64,000 bases of DNA from Tubulanus polymorphus (taxonomy: Eukaryota; Animalia; Nemertea). The notes under the pieces were generated by a model that saw nothing but the letters and a program-made list of their open reading frames with translations, was not told the DNA's origin and did not search any database. Where the stretch lies: NCBI RefSeq assembly GCF_964204645.1, contig NC_134034.1:13653062-13717061 (forward strand). Reading direction: 5' to 3'. Both the position numbers and the translations under genes were made by a program. Below are positions 37,101 through 49,340 of this stretch, piece by piece (position 1 is the stretch's first letter; every line of letters starts with the position of its first letter).

Positions 37101-38699
37101 CCTCTGACCAACTGGAATAGAATTAAAATCTAACTGTCGCGGAAAATCGGCCATGTTCATCGTGGGATAAGCGTGAATAGGAATCACGAGGTTGTCATCT
37201 CCCTAAACAATAGAAATAGAAGATGAAAATCGGAATTATCGTGTTAAAGAAATAGTTTATACTAGAAAAACTCGCTTTTTTTAAACGTTTTTCATACCTG
37301 ACAATGAATACGAATACAATCGTAGTAATACCTCCATTCATCGGGATTGAACTCGACGATGCAGTCTAGAGTTAAACCCGGCACTAATCTTTCCTGTTTC
37401 GATTGAGAAAAACAGAAAAAAACTTATAAATCATCAACTAAAGTAAACCATACCGATAATATACAACATGAGGCATAGATACTATATGACTAAAGCGGTA
37501 CATCTGCTTCTAAGGGAAGGGGTTTAAATATATGACTAAAGCTTCTCATTTCAGAATCTATACACATTAACCCTTTCAGTGCGGTGTATTAATCAGTGAT
37601 AGATTTTGCCAGTACACCGCGGTGTATTGATGTAATTAGTAATTATCTCTCTTGAAGATGGCAGCACCTGTCAAACATAGTGAAATACTAGTAATTAACG
37701 ATACACCGCGCCGTGGTGTAGACGCACTATAGTGGTATTCCCGTTATTCAAAACACTAGGGTGGAATTTTTAGAAATTTTCAAATTATCTCCAGCACTTT
37801 AGGGTATTGATTAGTCAGCACTGAAAGGGTTAATACAAAACAATGTACCAAATTGGGCCTTTAAATCATGTGTGGTGGTCAATCATTGTAAACTAATGTA
37901 AATGTGGTTTCGGATGTTACTCTAGTTTATTTCAATGTGATGTCGACTTACATTTTTCGTGTATTTGATGTTGAAATATTTAGTTTGCGGTGGAATTATG
38001 TGATATCGTTGAACTTCCGTAGAAACGTTCGCTAGGCGTAATTCTAAATTGTTCGTTCGTCCGACCTCGAAGTGTAAAACGGAAGGTCGCGCTTGTACCA
38101 CCGAGTTCTGAGCGACTTTCGAATATATTTCTACAACGGAAACAAAGAGAATAATGTTACAAATACAGCAACCTAGTATCATGGTATTTAAACACTGGTT
38201 GAAATTAAACAACCTTTCAGCAACTGAATCCTTTACCATGGCATTCAAACACAAATCCCTTATTTAATGATTAAAGTTGGTAAACCATTCTGAGCACATC
38301 TAGTGGATACTCGATGAAAATTGAAATGCTGAATACTGAATAGCATTGAGCTGACTGTATACAGAATATACCCCTGAATAAAAAATAAACCGCCGAAACT
38401 TTCTAAATCCCTGGTCCAGTTTCATGATCCCGTTACAACTTACTTGTTTCTAACAGATGATTTGGTACGAGTTCCGGCCCGTGTTTTCGCGGAGCTATCA
38501 GCTGCATAGTCGTTATATCAAAACTACGTCTGCCCGTCGACGCCGTTTGTTTCTGAGATCGCGAACTCAAAACCAACAATTCATCCTCCCTCTCATCTTC
38601 GCCTTTCATCATCGGTATTTTGAAACTGTTCGTTAGCGGACCCGCGTTACCGCTGCCGAACCCGGCCGATATCGGTTGTACGGGTTTCACGGCCGCCAT
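31179..38699 (-). CDS. CFAP221: cilia- and flagella-associated protein 221 (PCDP1), about 920 aa, 19 coding exons
   Basis: Exons 38699-38444, 38130-37952, 37393-37298, 37202-37102, 36938-36832, 36490-36334, 36041-35909, 35507-35349, 34946-34794, 34375-34286, 34017-33828, 33445(or 33463)-33321, 33237-33049, 32789-32604, 32448-32299, 32147-31948, 31720-31622, 31464-31393, 31305-31179. Recognisable motifs: [73 protein letters not shown] (IQ-like), [10 protein letters not shown]. Confidence 0.88.
34400..34490 (-). mobile_element. Penelope-like remnant with hammerhead core (same family as 5490-5783)
   Basis: CTGACGA-T-GATCTC-GAATGT-GAGATG-GAAAC-GTC at 34486-34453. The downstream ATCCGTATATAGTGGGTTTTATC matches ATCTGTAGATAGTGGGATTTTATC of the 5.5-kb copy. 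Confidence 0.6.
35570..35778 (+). mobile_element. Penelope-like remnant with intact hammerhead core
   Basis: TSD CACCAGAAAT at 35570-35579 and 35769-35778. Inverted arms of about 36 bp (35578-35613 / 35696-35732). Core CTGATGA-T-GGTTA-CAGTTGT-TAGCC-GAAAC-GTC at 35626-35658. Confidence 0.7.
36212..36320. mobile_element. MITE with CAGGGTCCAGTTCCACAGTTCTGAGTTA inverted termini
   Basis: Left CCAGTTCCACAGTTCTGAGTTA and right TAACTCAGAACTGTGGAACTGG are perfect inverted repeats. Confidence 0.65.
36500..36817. repeat. 41-bp tandem repeat, about 7-8 copies
   Basis: Unit ACATGTACCTGTGAATTCACATGAACATGTTTAATAGCTGC; it fills almost the entire CFAP221 intron. Confidence 0.95.
37567..37833. mobile_element. 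piggyBac-type MITE
   Basis: TTAA-CCCTTTCAGTGC ... GCACTGAAAGGG-TTAA: TTAA TSD and CCC/GGG termini. Confidence 0.8.
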
Positions 38700-39285
38700 T
38701 TTGTTTCTGTTGCGTTTTTTCCTGCTTAACCGAGTTCAATTTTCACTACAGTAAAAACCTGAAACGGAGTAAAATAGTAAATTGGACTGATGATAGCGGT
38801 CTGTAGTGTTACCCGTAGCCAGCCATCGTTGATATCCATGGATTCGATGAATGTGAGTGGTTGCGTCCCGGAGGTGGGTCTGGGGCCAATTTCAATGAAT
38901 AATGCCGCAATAGGGACTGTTACATGGTGGCGCGTTGTCGCGAAAGGCAATGATGAAAACACTGGCAAGTGAGGATGAGAAGTATAGCGAACATCACCAA
39001 ACCATTTAACAATGGAATTTGTGATTGCCGGATGGTTGGTCGTGATCGATGGATGTCTTTCACAGATGCAGATACAGAAGACGTCAGTCTGAGTCAAGTC
39101 GAAGAATTATTAGAATCTTTCCGATTCGTCCGGTCAGGTAATCTAAAATCTTGACTTTCTTTCTATCAAAAAAACCGCATCAAGGCCTAATCGAAAACCG
39201 TAATTGATCAATCCTTCATTATTTTATCCCCACCTTCCAAATCGATGCGCGATCTTCATTTCGAGGTGAAAACACTAATTATTTT

Positions 39286-39300
39286 GTTTCTAACGACAAC
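39286..39300 (-). promoter_or_regulatory. RFX X-box upstream of CFAP221
   Basis: GTTGTC-GTT-AGAAAC fits GYTRYY-N1-3-RRHRAC and lies in the divergent CFAP221/RETSAT intergenic region. Confidence 0.5.
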
Positions 39301-40129
39301 AACATTGCTTCAATCTTTTAGTTCAACTATAAAGTCGACGGCGGCGGCCATATTGTTTATACCAATCACTACCGCTTAGAAATAAGTCCTCGTTGAAAAA
39401 TAGGTCGTTGATTTTTCATCAGAAAAATACGAAAAAAGTATTTTTGAAGTCGAAAATCCAATAATTACTTCGGTAGAACATAGTGTAATAAAATTTAGGA
39501 GTATTTCTACGGGATTGGAGTCGATTCAGCAACTATCGTTAACGCGCATTAATTCAAGCTCGGGCGCTAGGCGACGGATTCAATTCAATTTTCACTTTAT
39601 TGAACATTTATTTATCAGCAAGGTTTTGTTAATACAAAATGAAACCTCCCAAAAAATCGTAGATTAGAACCATTAAACCCAAAACAATCAATCATTTTTT
39701 TTTTTAAATTTGAGTCCCGATTATAAAATCTTTCGTCGTACGACGTAAGTTGTGCACAAGCCGTATCGCATGTCGAATGTCGCGGCCGTGTCGTTTCTTC
39801 AAGAAAGAGGTAATGTCCCCGTGCCGTGTGAAATGACAAGCGATATCGCTTTCGTTTTTTATTTTATGACGTCAACTAGAGTTCAACGCGTCCTATCACC
39901 TCGTATCTGTTCGTGTCATGAAAAAGCTTATCTTATCTGTCCCAAGGCAAAAGCTTATCACGACACATAGGCAGTCAAACTCGAAGTCCAATTACAATCA
40001 GTGTTTATTGCGTCGTCGAGAAATAGAGACGTCGTGAGCATTTGGTCGAGGTATAATTAAATCAGGTTTCAGTTAGTGTTCCAACCGTAATTGCTTTTCT
40101 CTATATTTTTTGCTTTTTAAAAGCATAGT

Positions 40130-40490
40130 TTGTTTGGGTGAGTCGAGAGGTGTTAGTCGTTCCGTCGTTGTTTCCCAGCAGCAGGGATTCGGGGAACCCT
40201 AGAACATCGACTGGTATTATTCAGACTAAGTGAGAGACGCCGTCTGTCGTGTCACTCATAGCCTCCTCGTCCCTCTGACTGAACCAGGTTCCTGGGTAGG
40301 TCTAATCATATCGTCTATTTCAACTTGCTTCAATTTCAGTCTGCTCAGCTTCATCAGGGCATCCCCCAATTAGGTACAGCCCTTAGGGCTTGGGATGTCC
40401 TGCTTGAATGTATAGATTCAGTGACCATGTACACTAGTTATTTATGTTATTATGTATTAAACATTTGAGAAAAATATATTCATTCATTCA
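40130..40490 (+). mobile_element. possible LINE/SINE 3' fragment
   Basis: GC-richer segment ending in an AT-rich tail and (ATTC)n, as seen in CR1/L2-type 3' ends. No coding evidence. Confidence 0.25.
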
Positions 40491-40598
40491 TGTGACGAGT
40501 CCCTAGGCCTATGTATGATTTAGTAGGGCTACCTTCTCAACCTATTGTAACTTTGAAGTTGTTTTTTTTTGTAGGAGGTGTAACGTTCACAAATCAAA

Positions 40599-43500
40599 AT
40601 GGGATTAGTAACGAATGTTATTGAGTATTTGATCGCGAACCCGAAGGTAATCCTGGGACTGTTCTGTTTATACGTGTTACTGTTCGCGTTGTCCTTGCTG
40701 TTCTCATCGAAGAAACCCGGACCGAATCCGTTCGCCGACAGCACAATTCAGCCGCCCAGACCGAAGGTTTTCGACCAAGCGAAACGCGATCAAGTCCTGA
40801 AACAAGGTCAGTCGTTTAACCAGTTTTAAGACACCAAACTGGGTTTCAAAACTCAAAAGGTAAATCCTTTACCTGAGCTCAGTCCCTAGCAATAAATCAA
40901 CACGCAATCCTCAGTCGTTGATGTCCTACTGCACACTTCTGACACCTGGTGGACCCTCACTTGCCACAAGTGGAATCGTCTATTGCCACAGTAGTTGATG
41001 TTCTCATGCTCACTAGCGACACCTGGTGGATCCTCACTTGCCACGTTGATAGTCACTGTATCGTCATTTCGTTCGATTGATTTTCATTTTCTAATATCCG
41101 CAGGTTTCTCGATGCGTAAAGTTCCCGATAAACTCGACGCGATAGTTATCGGCAGCGGGATCGGCGGACTGTCGACCGCCGCGTTGCTGTCCCGTGCCGG
41201 TAAACGTGTTTTAGTGTTAGAACAACACGACCAAGCCGGCGGCTGCTGCCATACTTACATCGAAAAAGGATTCGAATTCGACGTTGGTAAGGAACTGGAT
41301 ATTTGAAAATATGATTTGTGTTTTGATTTATGTTTTAAGAGTTAAGAAGTCGTCACAGGACTGCAGTGAACTGATGTAAATCTCAGTGTGGAGTTAACAA
41401 ATGAAACCCATTTTATGAATTATTGTATTTTTTGTTCCTCTGATGATGAGGTTTAGTTTGGACCTCAAACTGTAAAGAAATAAACTGTTTTTACAGAAGT
41501 AACTGTGGGTTTCATTTGTTAAGTCGTCACAGTTTGTATCGGTGTGAATATTCTTCAGACCGAGATTTCATCATAGATGATTAAAATCAGTTGTGTTTAA
41601 AACAAAAAACAACAACAGTTCAATAATTATCTTCATAATCAGTTCATTTGGCTGAAGGATGAATCATAATGTGATGCTATGTTTTTGATATGCAAAATAG
41701 GGCTCCTGGGGCCAGTTGCACAGTCGTGACTTAAGTCCAAAAGTGGTCTTAAATCGTAAGACTGGTCTTAAGTTGTTAGATTGGCTATAGAACTAAGTTG
41801 GTCTTAGACTGGTCTTAAGTCTAAGCCATAACTATGCAACTGGCCCCTGGGGCCGGTTCCATAGTCATGGCTTAGACTTAAGACCAGTCTAAGACTTTCT
41901 CAGTTCTATAGCTAATCTAACAGCTTAAGACCAGTCTTAAGATTTAAGACCACTTTTGGACTTAAGTCCTGACTATGGAACCAGCCCCAGGAATATTCAC
42001 ACTGAGTTGAGAAATTGAGACTTTTCCAAAATGTATTACAGCAAAATTCCCAAAGTTTATTGGTTTAAGTAGGAGTCTATTGTATTTGTGTATTAAATAT
42101 TTTGTTGTTGTTATTTTAGGAATTCATTACATCGGTGAAATGACTGCAGGAACTCTTACAGATACTCTGATGAAACAGATCACTGACGGACAGCTCGAAT
42201 GGACTCCATTAAACGATCCTTATGACATTGTATGTTTAAACTATTCTTCCTCAGGATACACTGGCCCTTGTAGACAAATCATGAATTTGAACTTGATGAC
42301 ATCGCGAGAAACCGTTATTACGGGTATCTATGTTACCTGTCTAATTATGACATTGTTTTCAGGTTGCCCTTGGCGATCCGATGAAACCGAGGAAATATAT
42401 GATACGAGCCGGTCGGAAACAGTTCCGCGATCAGTTAGTGAAAGATTTCCCCGAAGAGCAAATCGCAATCGATCGATACATGAAATTTCTAGCCGTAAGT
42501 AAAATGTTATAGACCTCGAATTTCGTCCCAAATAACACGAGTTTGATACAATTTCATACTGCATAATAATGAACAGATTTCCTGTTGCGCTGAAGTTCGT
42601 TGTAACAATGTTTGGGATGCTTGAAACTGAGGTTCCACTTTGTATTGAGCTATCGGGTGAATTTTTTAGGAATCCCGGAAAAGCATCATGGGTAAAATCA
42701 CGATGAAATTCCTACCGCGTTGGATCGGACGTATTCTGATTAAAACCGGCCTCATACACGCGATGTCAAAGTTCTTCAAATACTCGCAACGAAGTCTGGC
42801 TGAAGTTTTAGACGAGTTAACCGACAATCAGGAGCTGAAAGCCGTTCTTGCTTACAGTTTCGGAGACTATGGTAGGTGTAATTCGATGATGATAACAAGC
42901 AGAGGGGATCACTTCAATAGGTGTACGATGTCATAGGGGGATTTTATGGGGATCGTTTCAGTAGATCGATGATGTCATAGGGGGATTTTATGGGGATCGT
43001 TTCAATAGATGGATGATGTCATAGGGGGATTTGATGGGGATCGTTTCAGTAGATCGATGATGTCATTTGGAATCTAAAAGTGTTTTATTTCCGATGTTAC
43101 AGGGACACTGCCTCAATACTCGAGTTCTACGATGCACGCGTGCGTTATGAATCACTTCCTCTACGGCGGATACTATCCAGTAGGTGGCGCCAGTGAAATC
43201 GCGTACAGTATGATACCCGGTATTGAACGAGGCGGTGGTAAAGTTCTCGTTCGAGCTCCCGTGCAACAGATTCTGTTCAACGAGAAAGGAAAAGCTTACG
43301 GTGAATATAGAAATAAATAGAATCTATACCTCGAGACCCGGTTCCACGTGTTGTGAGTTTGACTCTTCGAGGGTCGAAATAGTTCATTTTCAATTCATTT
43401 GACTCAAGAGTCGGATTTTGAAAAACTTGTTTAGTAAAAATTCAAAGAAATTCAGAAAATTGTTAATATTACTCATGCAACTGTGGAACTGGAGTTTAGA

Positions 43501-46500
43501 GTTCTCGAACATAACAGTTTGCTTGCAAGTAGCCCAGATCTGCCCTGATTATTACTCCTCAAGCCACCAGCATCCACCCTGACTATTACAAAATCTACAA
43601 TCGCCCTGTCATAATACTGGATTGCTGTCAAATCACTAATGTCTCCACGTGACCTTGGTATATTATATTTCAGGTGTACGCATACATAAAAGTTCAGGAG
43701 ACTTCGATATCTTTGCTCCGCGAATCATTTCAAACGCTGGTTTAATCAACACTTTCACCGGAATGCTACCGAAAGAGATTGCTGTCAAATCAAGTACGTG
43801 TTTTTTTTTTCACTTTGAAATTTACGCGGTTGTCGATCTGTAGCCGCACCCCTCTTCTGTGTGGTGAAGGTGTGCTGATAAAATGTCTGGTGTTCGTAGT
43901 TCATTTCCAATTGAAAATGAAGACGCGTGTAACAGGCTGTAGGTCAATATCACGCGTGAAATCACGGTTTTGGCGCGGGCGATTTTCTGATGACGTTTTC
44001 TTCGTTTCTCAGAATTGATGAAGTTTATTCAAAACAAGCGCGTCGAGTGCGGAGTTGGAGGGTTCTGCGTTTTTGTCGGTTTGAGCGGAAGCAATGAAAT
44101 GAACGGATTGAAAGCAGAAAACTGTTGGTCTTTCACCGGGTAAGAGGAGAGAATATGGTTTATTTTTGTTTAACCCGTATTTAGATGGTTGACTCTTTCA
44201 AATGGCCACTATGAAAATTCAAGCCTTTCAGAAAATGTACTATTCTAGAGTGACTGCTTTTAAAAGTAGCCAATATTGTTGATCTCGAGACTAAAGTAAA
44301 GCTGGACGTTCGAACGTAATAGTGGGATAGACATGTTCTTGGATTCAGCAATGAATTTCCATCTTCCCTCGGCAGGGATTCGAACCTGACTGATGGCATC
44401 GCTACACTCAGCCACAGCGCAAACCCCTGCCACGCTAGACCGCTTGCGCAGATTTGCTGCACAAATACTTATGACACCAATCAGAGTACTCGTTGTATAA
44501 CCACTGAGGCAAATTTCCCGAGCAATTATTAATGGAAAAACCCGGGCTAAAATGATTATTTTGGAGGATGGTCAAAGGATAAGTCGTAGTTTTATAATGA
44601 AAAAGATTTTACTGTAGATAATTTGTTGTGTTTTCCGTTGTTTTTAGGAATGATTTCGATCGAATTACGGAGGAATTTGTGAATAAATCGTTCGATGAAG
44701 CGATGGAAGATGATGTACCATTGTTGTTTACATCGTTTCCGTCTGCTAAAGACCCGACCTGGGACCAACGTTATCCCGGTAAAAAATCATTTCTTGAAAT
44801 TTAGAATTTCATCTAAACTTTTTGAATACAATACGCTTAACCTTTTCAGTGCTGAAAGTGCTGGAAATAATTTGAAAATTTTTAATAACTTCACCTCAAT
44901 TCATTGAATTGCAGGCATACCGGTTTATATTATTACATCTACACCATGGTGCGGTGTATCGTAAGTTACTATTATTTCACTAGTTTGACAGGTGCTGCCA
45001 TCTTTCAAAACAGATAGAAACTAATTACATCAATACACCGTAGTGCGATGTACTAATGTCTATTTATTAATTGATGAGACCTGTTTTTCTGGGATATTTT
45101 GCTTACTTTTTGGGGTACATACCTCATTTATGTCTTAACAGAATGCCAAAAATCGCGGACAACAACTGAATATCCGATATATTTCCAGTTCTGTACCAAT
45201 TAGATGGATTGGCAAAAAGACTCCTTAAGTCCAGTTGAATGAGAGAGAAAATCCTCCATTTTGTCAAATTTCTTGGATTTGAACATTGTTACCATGCCTA
45301 CGCCACCCTGATTTAGTTGTTGAGACCCCACAAGAAAAATAACTTCATTTTGTAGGCATGGTGACAATGTAAAAATTCAAGAAATTTGACAAAATGGAGG
45401 ATTTTCTCTCTCATTCAACTGGACTTAAGGAGTCTTTTTGCCAATCCATCTAATTGGTACAGAACTGGAAATATATCAGATATTCAGTTGTTGTCCGCGA
45501 TTTTTGGCATTCTGTTAAGACATAAATGAGGTATGTATCCCAAAGAGTAAGCAAAATATCCCAGAAAAACAGGTCTCATCAATTAATAAATAGACATTAG
45601 CAAAATCTATCACTGATTTATACATTGCACTGAAAGGGTTAAGTAAGTAACAATATACTGTATTATAACAGGCGCGTTTGAAGTTTTGTTGCATCGATCG
45701 CGTCCAATCAGTGATAAGGCGAGTGATTCTAAAACGTATAGTCATCCCTGACGATTGTCAAACGCGTTCGAAACTCAACAAAAATCAATTACAGAACTCA
45801 ATATAAAACTAAATTCAAATGAAAACTAAGTTCAGTTTCTTCTAGGGTTACAAATAAAAAACCCGCAGCAGATTTGTAGAGAAAGTTTATCATTTTAGTT
45901 TCTCTGATGATAGGGTTAAGAATTAACCTCTAGACTGTTAGAAAATTAACTTTTTCTGGGTTTTTTTTGTTAACTATACTGAGATTTATATCAGTTCTTC
46001 TAGGCTTTACCTTAGTTTCACAGATACCCTTATAAACATCAGGAAATCTACCGTCATTAAAGAGAGATAAGTATGAAGTTATCTGATGCATTACAGATAA
46101 ATCTACGTGTGCCATTGTAACTGAGGCGCCGTGGGAATGGTTCTCCGAGTGGGAGACAGGACGGGTGAAAAATCGCGGAGAGGAGTATGAAAATAGGAAA
46201 ATGAAGCTCAAACGTAAAATGTGGGACCAGGTGGTGCAACTGTACCCTCAACTTAAAGATAAGGTAAATCATATATTAGATTATGCCGAAATTTTTGATA
46301 CTGTCTTTTACTGCGGTAAAGTTGATACTGGTAAAAATTCTACCCCGAGTTGGTGTCAAATACTGAGTAAGAGTTTGTGAAATACAGTAGACTCTGTCTC
46401 TTACTGCGGTAAAGTTGAGACTGGTAAAATTCTACCCCGAGTTGCTGTCAAATACTGAGTAAGAGTTTGTGAAATACAGTAGACTCTGTCTCTTACTGCG

Positions 46501-47830
46501 GTAAAGTTGAGACTGGTAAAATTCTACCCCGAGTTGGTGTCAAATACTGAGTAAGAGTTTGTGAAATACAGTAGACTCTGTCTCTTACTGCGGTAAAGTT
46601 GAGACCGGTAAAATTCTACCCCGAGTTGGTGTCAAATACTGAGTAAGAGTTTGTGAAATACAGTAGACTCTGTCTCTTACTGCGGTAAAGTTGAGACTGG
46701 TAAAATTCTACCCCGAGTTGGTGTCAAATACTGAGTAAGAGTTTGTGAAATACAGTAAACTCTGTCTCTTACTGCGGTAGAATCTGAATTATACTTAAAT
46801 TCACATTTATATTACGTCTCTGATCTGAAAAAAACATGTTTTTTTTGACAGGTTGAATATATTGAAGCTGGAACACCAATTACAAACAAATACTACATCG
46901 GATCAAACAAAGGAGAAATTTATGGTCTCGATCACACGAGGTCCCGATTTTCACCGGAGGTTGTCATGGAAATGCGACCAAAAACTGATATTCCCGGACT
47001 CTATCTATGTGGTACGAAGTTTTTCATATGTTTTTTGGCATTTACTTTTTAGTCCACTTGGAGGCTTTAGACACAAGATGGCCGTGTTGTGGGGTCTTTA
47101 TATACCATATAAGGTCATGTAGTGTTTATTAGGATCTGAATTATATGACTTTTGGGCTTCTTAATGGTTTGTCATACCTTACCTATTACACTGTCTCATC
47201 AGGTTTCATTTGAGGGATGGAAAAATGTTTTTTGAGGAAATTATCAACAGGTTTTAACTTTAAGTTTTGATATTCAATGATTGTTAAGTCACTGGTATAA
47301 ATCACATCTCCTCGCATGCAATTCGGATTATCTAATTCATTTTCTCTCCCCACCAGGGCGAGTTAGATATTGAAATATATAAGATTTTCCATTTATATTG
47401 GTAAAATTTGTAACTCATGACATGTTCTATGAATGTGGCTTAATTCAAGGTAATTCCTTTCTATATATGTTCACCAGGGGGCGTTGAACGGCAATCAGTT
47501 GCAAATTTGTAACTCATGACATGTTCTATGATTGTAGTGAGTTCAAGGGTCATTTCTTATAACATCTAAATAGCCTCGAACAATTCGAGCAATTTACCCA
47601 GTGTGTCCTTGGACCCCTATAGAGTTTTAATTTTTATGAAGAATAAGATATGAATCGTTTTTTTTCTTTGCGAATGTATTTCAGGTCAAGACGTATTCAC
47701 TTGTGGATTTTCCGGCGCGATGGTTGGTGGTGTTTTGTGTGCTGCGCAAATTCTCAATCGAAACCTCTTCAATGACTGCATGAAATTCAAAAATCAACTC
47801 TACCCGAAAACCAATAAAAAGTCGCAATAA
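40599..47830 (+). CDS. RETSAT: all-trans-retinol 13,14-reductase (retinol saturase), 627 aa, 12 exons
   Basis: Exons 40599-40806, 41104-41286, 42120-42229, 42363-42494, 42670-42871, 43103-43300, 43674-43793, 44013-44139, 44648-44778, 46097-46263, 46852-47011, 47685-47830. Motifs: [92 protein letters not shown]. Confidence 0.95.
41347..41532 (+). mobile_element. Penelope-like remnant with degenerate hammerhead core
   Basis: TSD AAGTCGTCACAG at 41347-41358 and 41521-41532. Inverted arms TTAACAAATGAAACCCA / TGGGTTTCATTTGTTAA. Core CTGATGA-T-GAGGTTTAGTTTGGACCTC-AAAC-TGTA lacks the G of GAAA. Confidence 0.6.
41707..41990. mobile_element. inverted dimer of a ~140-bp MITE
   Basis: CTGGGGCCAGTTGCACAGT...ACTATGCAACTGGCCCCTG directly abuts an inverted copy GGGCCGGTTCCATAGT...ACTATGGAACCAGCCCCAG. 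Confidence 0.75.
42900..43066. repeat. 42-bp tandem repeat (GATGATGTCATAGGGGGATTTTATGGGGATCGTTTCA core)
   Basis: About 4 copies. The core GATGATGTCATAGGGG is also dispersed near 21208, 24793 and 34644. Confidence 0.8.
44150..44465 (-). mobile_element. tRNA-derived SINE
   Basis: Minus-strand head with an A-box-like GCGCAAGCGGT and B-box GGTTCGAATCC separated by a long spacer, then a ~220-bp body ending AAATAAACCATATT. Confidence 0.55.
44837..45642. mobile_element. piggyBac-type MITE (family of 37567) interrupted by a nested fold-back element
   Basis: TTAA-CCTTTTCAGTGC ... GCACTGAAAGGG-TTAA. The internal sequence is the reverse complement of the 37567 copy. Confidence 0.75.
45056..45597. mobile_element. 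fold-back MITE with ~240-bp terminal inverted repeats and TA TSD
   Basis: Near-perfect inverted arms (about 45056-45300 / 45354-45597) flanked by TA at 45054-55 and 45598-99. Confidence 0.85.
46300..46778. repeat. 92-bp tandem repeat, about 5 copies
   Basis: ACTCTGTCTC recurs at 46391, 46483, 46575, 46667 and 46759, filling a RETSAT intron. Confidence 0.95.
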
Positions 47831-49059
47831 TCGGAAACATTGATTTAAATGAGATTATGCTAAAATATGGCAAAATATTTGGCGAGCAAAATGGTTTAAT
47901 ACAAACAGTACAATGTATGAAGCGGTTTATAGAATCTTTCAGAGAATATGGCCACCCCCTCAATTGCCCCCCTCTCTGTGCATGTCAGGGAAAATCGAAT
48001 CAAATAAAAATGGCCACCCTGATTGTATCGCGGTAAAACAAATCTCACGATAGGGGACAATTAGATAATGTGAAAAGGACTTTAAAAGTCGACAAATTCA
48101 ATCTTAGGCAAATTTAATTCGGCAAATTTAAATTTGGGATATCGTGGAGGCCGCCATCTTTTGTGAAAGCTTCTGTAGATCAAAATAAAAGCCACGATGT
48201 CTATGTGTGGGGGGGGGGGATGTTGATCGTGGAACTAAAAAGTGTTTGCTCATTGAAATTCTACTCGGAATAATTTTGATATTTGATAATCAATATTTCC
48301 GCTGAAGAAGGTTGTTAATGTTTGCCAGTGGAAGTTGTCGTAAAGTGGCTGTTTGAGTTACCTAGAGGAAATTTGTTTAGATAATTATTAATTTCAATAA
48401 TCATTTTTACACTGTAAAGATAGCTGATATTTAATTAACTTATTTAATATATTTAATTTATCGTTTGAAGCTAATTGTAGAACGAACAATGATAGTACAG
48501 TACGAAGACCCTCGTTAAGAAGAATCTTGTGGGTTGAGGTGATGTTGTCATATCCAACTCCGGAGCTGGGACATCATGCTGCCGGAATCACCGGTGATCG
48601 CCGGAGCTGGGACATCATGCTGCTGGAATCACCGGTTTAACGGAATCGTTTTAACCCGGTTTAACTGTACCTGAAAGTATGTCTGTTATAACTGACATTC
48701 AAACTCGCCTGATCGTCGGAGTTCATCATCATCATCATCATTGTTGTTGTTATGTTGACTTCCAAATGAAGACTTTCATTCTCTACACTGAGTGAGTGAA
48801 TTCACTAAGAAATACAAAATTTGGACTGAAAAATAGTGGCAACAACTTGGGCCACGTTTCTGATGACGATTTAAGCGAGTTTGACTGTAGTAAGGGTATC
48901 ATTAGATTATTCATTTTTCTCATTTGCTTGTTCAATGAATTCATGTTTGGTGGTGTTTTCATCAATCGATGTAAAATCATGTTATTAATTGAATAAATGA
49001 TAATACTCACAATCTTGTATTTGACCTAATATTAATGATGATCTTGTTTTGATTTGAGC

Positions 49060-49340
49060 TGTGGATCCAGTTTCTAAAATTGTGTGGGGTTTGATATGTC
49101 TCTTGCTCCAGTTCCACAGTTATGTGGATTTAATTTTGATTATGGATTCAGTTCCACAGTTTTGGGGTTTAATTTGACTCTGGACTCAGTTCCACAGTTA
49201 TGTGGGTTTAATTTGACTCTGGACTCAGTTCCACAGTTGTGTGGGTTTAATTTGACTCTGGATCCAGTTCCACAGTTGTGTGGGTTTAATTTGACTCTGG
49301 ATCCAGTTCCACAGTTGTGCGGGTTTAATGTAACTGGAAC
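49060..49340. repeat. 36-bp tandem array
   Basis: Best-preserved array of the CTGGATCCAGTTCCACAGTTGTGTGGGTTTAATTTGACT family. Confidence 0.9.

Noticed and set aside
38726-39154. Overlapping ORFs upstream of CFAP221
   Set aside because: No recognisable domain. A splice acceptor at about 38759 indicates the region is intronic or UTR.
45748-45776. Hammerhead CTGACGA...GAAAC
   Set aside because: No convincing stem II or stem I pairing.
19637-47830. Conserved synteny because human ADCY3, RETSAT and CFAP221 are all on chromosome 2
   Set aside because: They are tens of Mb apart and chromosome 2 is a fusion product. This is not evidence of microsynteny without a formal analysis.
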